Positions 61,361-64,000 of a stretch of 64,000 bases of DNA are shown here, piece by piece. The stretch lies in the IMG/VR virus record IMGVR_UViG_2785510761_000001. One strand, given 5' to 3'. Source of the stretch: a virus. The position numbers and the translations under genes are program-made. The notes beneath the pieces were generated by a model that was given only the letters and a program-made list of their open reading frames with translations, made no database searches and had not been told where the DNA came from. How positions within the stretch are numbered: the first letter of the stretch is position 1; every line of letters begins with the position of its first letter.

Positions 61361-61395
61361 CAAAGCGGCCCCTCAGGATCTGAAGGGCCGCTTTG
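61361..61395. terminator. Terminator-like hairpin sharing its stem with 31246-31279
   Basis: CAAAGCGGCCC / GGGCCGCTTTG. Confidence 0.75.
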
Positions 61396-61409
61396 AGTGA
61401 GTTGATCAG

Positions 61410-61742
61410 TTAGTAGGTGCTGTAGCTCGCGGTGGATGCAGCGCCGAGCATGGCAAACACGATGATCAGCCAGACCAAGCCGAGCACAAGGCCGACGTAT
61501 CCGATGATCGTTCCGGCGAGAGCCATGCCGCGGCCGCCCTCACCGGAGTCTGCAATCTGCTTCAGTGCGATGTGGCCACAGATCACTCCAGCGAGGGAAA
61601 TGAAGAACGACGACACAAGCGCGATGATCGCGAGGGTGTTTGTGTTCTTGGCAGGTGCAGGAGTAAAGGCTGTCGGCTGCGGGTGGGCGAAGTGTGGCGG
61701 CTGCGGCTGCGAAGCCGGCGGTTGGGGTGCGGGGTAACTCAT
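61410..61742 (-). CDS. DUF4190 membrane protein
   Basis: Pro/Gln-rich N-terminus, NTLAIIALVSS..GHIALKQI..GEGGRGMALAG..IGY. Confidence 0.85.
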   Translation of the reverse strand: MSYPAPQPPASQPQPPHFAHPQPTAFTPAPAKNTNTLAIIALVSSFFISLAGVICGHIALKQIADSGEGGRGMALAGTIIGYVGLVLGLVWLIIVFAMLGAASTASYSTY

Positions 61743-61780
61743 AAGGGGTCCTTTCTGCGAGTCCCCTTCCCACATACGGG

Positions 61781-62389
61781 TTACCAGCGCCACCTGGTGA
61801 ACTTCGTAGCTGCTCCTTCATGATGAGCCCCACCCCTGGTGCGGAGCCAGCGCGCTAGGTTCGATTCACGTTCAGGGAGCGTCGCCCCCAGCTGTTTTGA
61901 GAGGGCGAGAGCCTCACCTGTCGTGAAGCTGTCGCCGATCAGCGCGCGGGTGAACTCCATGTCCGCCCACATTCGTCTCCGGATGTCTGAGAGCGCTTCT
62001 CTGACGAGTAGTTCATGGTCGAACGGGAGCGGTGAAACCATCTCCGCTGCATCGTGCCAGGATCCTGGCGACTCATCGACAAGATCGGGTTCGAGCACGA
62101 CGATGTGGCCGATAGAGATGGTGGCCCCTCGCGGGTCACGGTTTGTGCCGTCGAACGCACCGAACTGATGGGTGCGCCTGACCCCGCCGTGAAAGTCGAG
62201 CTTGGCGCTGAGGGCGCGCTCTGCCGCTTCGATCAGTGACTCGCCGGACAGCAGCAGCACGCCGGGAAGCGCTTGCTCGCCGGCGAACGGGGGAAGCAGT
62301 CGCTCGTGGGTGGCGTACTGAGCTCGTCCCGCCACATTTCGGACCGCGAATACGTCAACCGAAATGAGCGGCTGCTTCCAGGTTGTCAC
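61781..62389 (-). CDS. NUDIX hydrolase / NrtR-like protein
   Basis: ISVDVF, LPG.LL.SGESL.EAAER, F..TNRDPRG, LPFDH, C-terminal FT..wHTH-like region. Confidence 0.75.
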   Translation of the reverse strand: MTTWKQPLISVDVFAVRNVAGRAQYATHERLLPPFAGEQALPGVLLLSGESLIEAAERALSAKLDFHGGVRRTHQFGAFDGTNRDPRGATISIGHIVVLEPDLVDESPGSWHDAAEMVSPLPFDHELLVREALSDIRRRMWADMEFTRALIGDSFTTGEALALSKQLGATLPERESNLARWLRTRGGAHHEGAATKFTRWRW

Positions 62390-62392
62390 GGT

Positions 62393-63904
62393 CTATGCTC
62401 CGTTCAGTATCTGGCGGACTTCGGCGAAGGACTGATGGCGGATGAATTTGCCGTCCTTCCACACCGGCTGAAGTTCGCCGGCCTGCTCCTGTTCTGGTGA
62501 GGCCTGCTCAACAAGGTACAGCTCCCCGTCGTCGTTCCGGAACACGGCAAGCCGTCCGCGCGCGCTCTTCTTGGTGCCGCTGTCGGTGATCGGATCCTTC
62601 TGCAGGTCGTACCCGACGCCGTCAACCTGAGCCCACGTTGCCTTCACGGCGCTCATGAACGTGTCTCGGGTGTTGTACTGGTACGTGTAGGAGCCGACAC
62701 CGAACACGACGTTCGTGCTCGCGAACCCCTTGGCGGCAAGGCGATCGATGATCTGCTGTGCGCGCTCACGTGTGATGGAGTCGCCGTAGATCGCACCGAT
62801 GTGCGAGTCAAGCACCTTGAACCCCGCCTCGTTGATCGTGCCGCCGAACACCTCCCAGAGCAGTTCGATGACGCCCTTCTCAGTCGGGGTATCGCCAAGC
62901 AGGATGATGTCTCCGTTGTGACCTAGGGTCGAATCAATCGTGCCGCAGAGGATGTCGACGGGGTCGCCGGAGTCGGGGCGGATCACCATCCTGCCGTCGC
63001 GCGCGAGGATCTCGTCCTTCATCGACGGCAGGAAGTCGGTCAGCACCTGCCAGAGGTCGAAGGTGTCCGACACGACGGAGAAGATGCCGGTCGGGTACAA
63101 GTCGATGAGTCGGGAGAACGTCTCTCGCTCGCCGAGCACCGCGCTGCCGGTGCACATCACGCTGTGCTCAGTGGCCGGCACCGACCCTGCGACGTAGTCT
63201 CCGCCGTAGTAGCGCTCGATGTATTCAAGCGAGGGCAGCGAGTCCGTGCCCCAGAAGCTAAGAAGGTGTCCGGCGCCGCTCGCGGCCGCGGTCTCGGTTG
63301 AGGACATTCCCCGGAAGGAGAAGTCGTGGCCCTGCCAGTTCACGGCATCCTGATCCCCGCCCGTGCGCTCGGCGCCGGTCTCAATCACTTTTCGGAGTTC
63401 GTGTGCGAGGGTGGCGCTGGTGCTCGGCTGCCACACCTCGGCACTAATGATCGTCTCGAGGTAGTTCGTGAGCCAGAAGAACTCTGGATCGGTGTTCTCG
63501 AAGACGAAGCTCGGCACGCGCAGGGGCACTGCAGTTCCCTCGGGGACTGCGCTGAAGAGTACTGGGAGGAAGCCTTTTCGGTGCAGCGCACGGATATGGT
63601 CGGAGCCGATCGTGTTCGGCCCGAGAATCTGGATGAGACGCTCCTCGTACAGCGCGCACACCTCATCCTCGTCGGCGGAAAAGAACGGCTTGAACCAGGA
63701 GTTGAGCTTGTGCAGGAAGGCCTGGAGCCCGAAGTGCACTACTCTGTCGATGCCCTCGATGCGGCTTCCCCGGTTCGTCCAGTTCGAGTAGACGACCTCT
63801 GGGGTGCCGGTGAGGCCGTACTGCTGGATGTGCCCAAGCTTGTAAACATCCGTGAGCATGAGTGCGTGGATCGGCGCGAAGCGATCGGTGGTCATCTGGT
63901 CCAT
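62393..63904 (-). CDS. nadV: Nicotinamide phosphoribosyltransferase family (NAMPT/NadV; may be Namat-like)
   Basis: TDVYKLGH..QY, HDFSFRG, SVPATEHS, VSDTFD, RPDSGDP, IYGDSIT, FGVGS, KDPITD..KKSA.G. Confidence 0.9.
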   Translation of the reverse strand: MDQMTTDRFAPIHALMLTDVYKLGHIQQYGLTGTPEVVYSNWTNRGSRIEGIDRVVHFGLQAFLHKLNSWFKPFFSADEDEVCALYEERLIQILGPNTIGSDHIRALHRKGFLPVLFSAVPEGTAVPLRVPSFVFENTDPEFFWLTNYLETIISAEVWQPSTSATLAHELRKVIETGAERTGGDQDAVNWQGHDFSFRGMSSTETAAASGAGHLLSFWGTDSLPSLEYIERYYGGDYVAGSVPATEHSVMCTGSAVLGERETFSRLIDLYPTGIFSVVSDTFDLWQVLTDFLPSMKDEILARDGRMVIRPDSGDPVDILCGTIDSTLGHNGDIILLGDTPTEKGVIELLWEVFGGTINEAGFKVLDSHIGAIYGDSITRERAQQIIDRLAAKGFASTNVVFGVGSYTYQYNTRDTFMSAVKATWAQVDGVGYDLQKDPITDSGTKKSARGRLAVFRNDDGELYLVEQASPEQEQAGELQPVWKDGKFIRHQSFAEVRQILNGA

Positions 63905-63918
63905 GGTGATGCCTTTCG

Positions 63919-64000
63919 TTACAGGTACGGGGTGAGTTCGACGACGTTGGCGCCGACCTCAGAGTTGAATGCGCCGTCATGGGAGTCGGTGGTCCAGATG
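63919..64000 (-). CDS. 3' end of a gene truncated by the window; possibly PRPP synthetase (Prs/Adps)-like
   Basis: ...IWTTDSHDGAFNSEVGANVVELTPYL*; xxTDS is typical of the Prs C-terminus; only 26 residues visible. Confidence 0.4.
   Translation of the reverse strand, partial: IWTTDSHDGAFNSEVGANVVELTPYL

Larger units (their letters stand above)
1..64000. mobile_element. Segment of a large actinobacterial conjugative plasmid/ICE-like element
   Basis: Coupling-protein ATPase plus Replic_Relax-like gene, candidate origin and oriT repeats, dense small hypothetical genes, orphan methylases, no ribosomal/core operons and no virion genes recognised. Confidence 0.7.

Noticed and set aside
1-64000. Prophage, tRNA or rRNA genes
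   Set aside because: No terminase, portal, capsid, tail, integrase, cloverleaf or rRNA signature recognised by eye; tRNAscan and geNomad were not run.

Overview
GC-rich actinobacterial mobile DNA (probably Microbacteriaceae-like; this is inference from the WXG100, DUF3039 and sortase-anchored proteins). It is most likely part of a large conjugative plasmid or ICE. It has a VirD4/TraD-like coupling ATPase next to a Replic_Relax-like nuclease. I recognised no capsid, tail, terminase, integrase, tRNA, rRNA or CRISPR. Genes form long co-oriented arms: minus strand 381-43604, plus strand 43975-59922, minus strand again from 59984. Cargo is phage/plasmid 'early-gene'-like: three orphan methyltransferases, a PNKP-RNA ligase, a Mesh1-like HD hydrolase, a HipA module, two SprT proteases, dCMP deaminase, dNMP kinase, RNase H, a NAMPT/NUDIX/PRS-like NAD cluster, two secreted nucleases and three LPXTG-type surface proteins. 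Two features stand out. (1) A ~25-aa peptide, RR[QK]DxGLGKTAxGGSGGSFAxHxR..PP, sits on the N-terminus of five proteins (two SprT paralogs and three mutually unrelated hypotheticals) and on the C-terminus of HipA; it may be a shared targeting or translocation tag. (2) An element-wide upstream motif, CCGCGCATT (26 perfect copies by manual reading), has a CCGCN-CGTAAT variant that precedes all five N-tagged, apparently leaderless genes. A candidate replication origin (24.2-24.5 kb) and a candidate oriT region (48.6-49.0 kb) are also visible. All counts and alignments were done by eye and no database searches were run.
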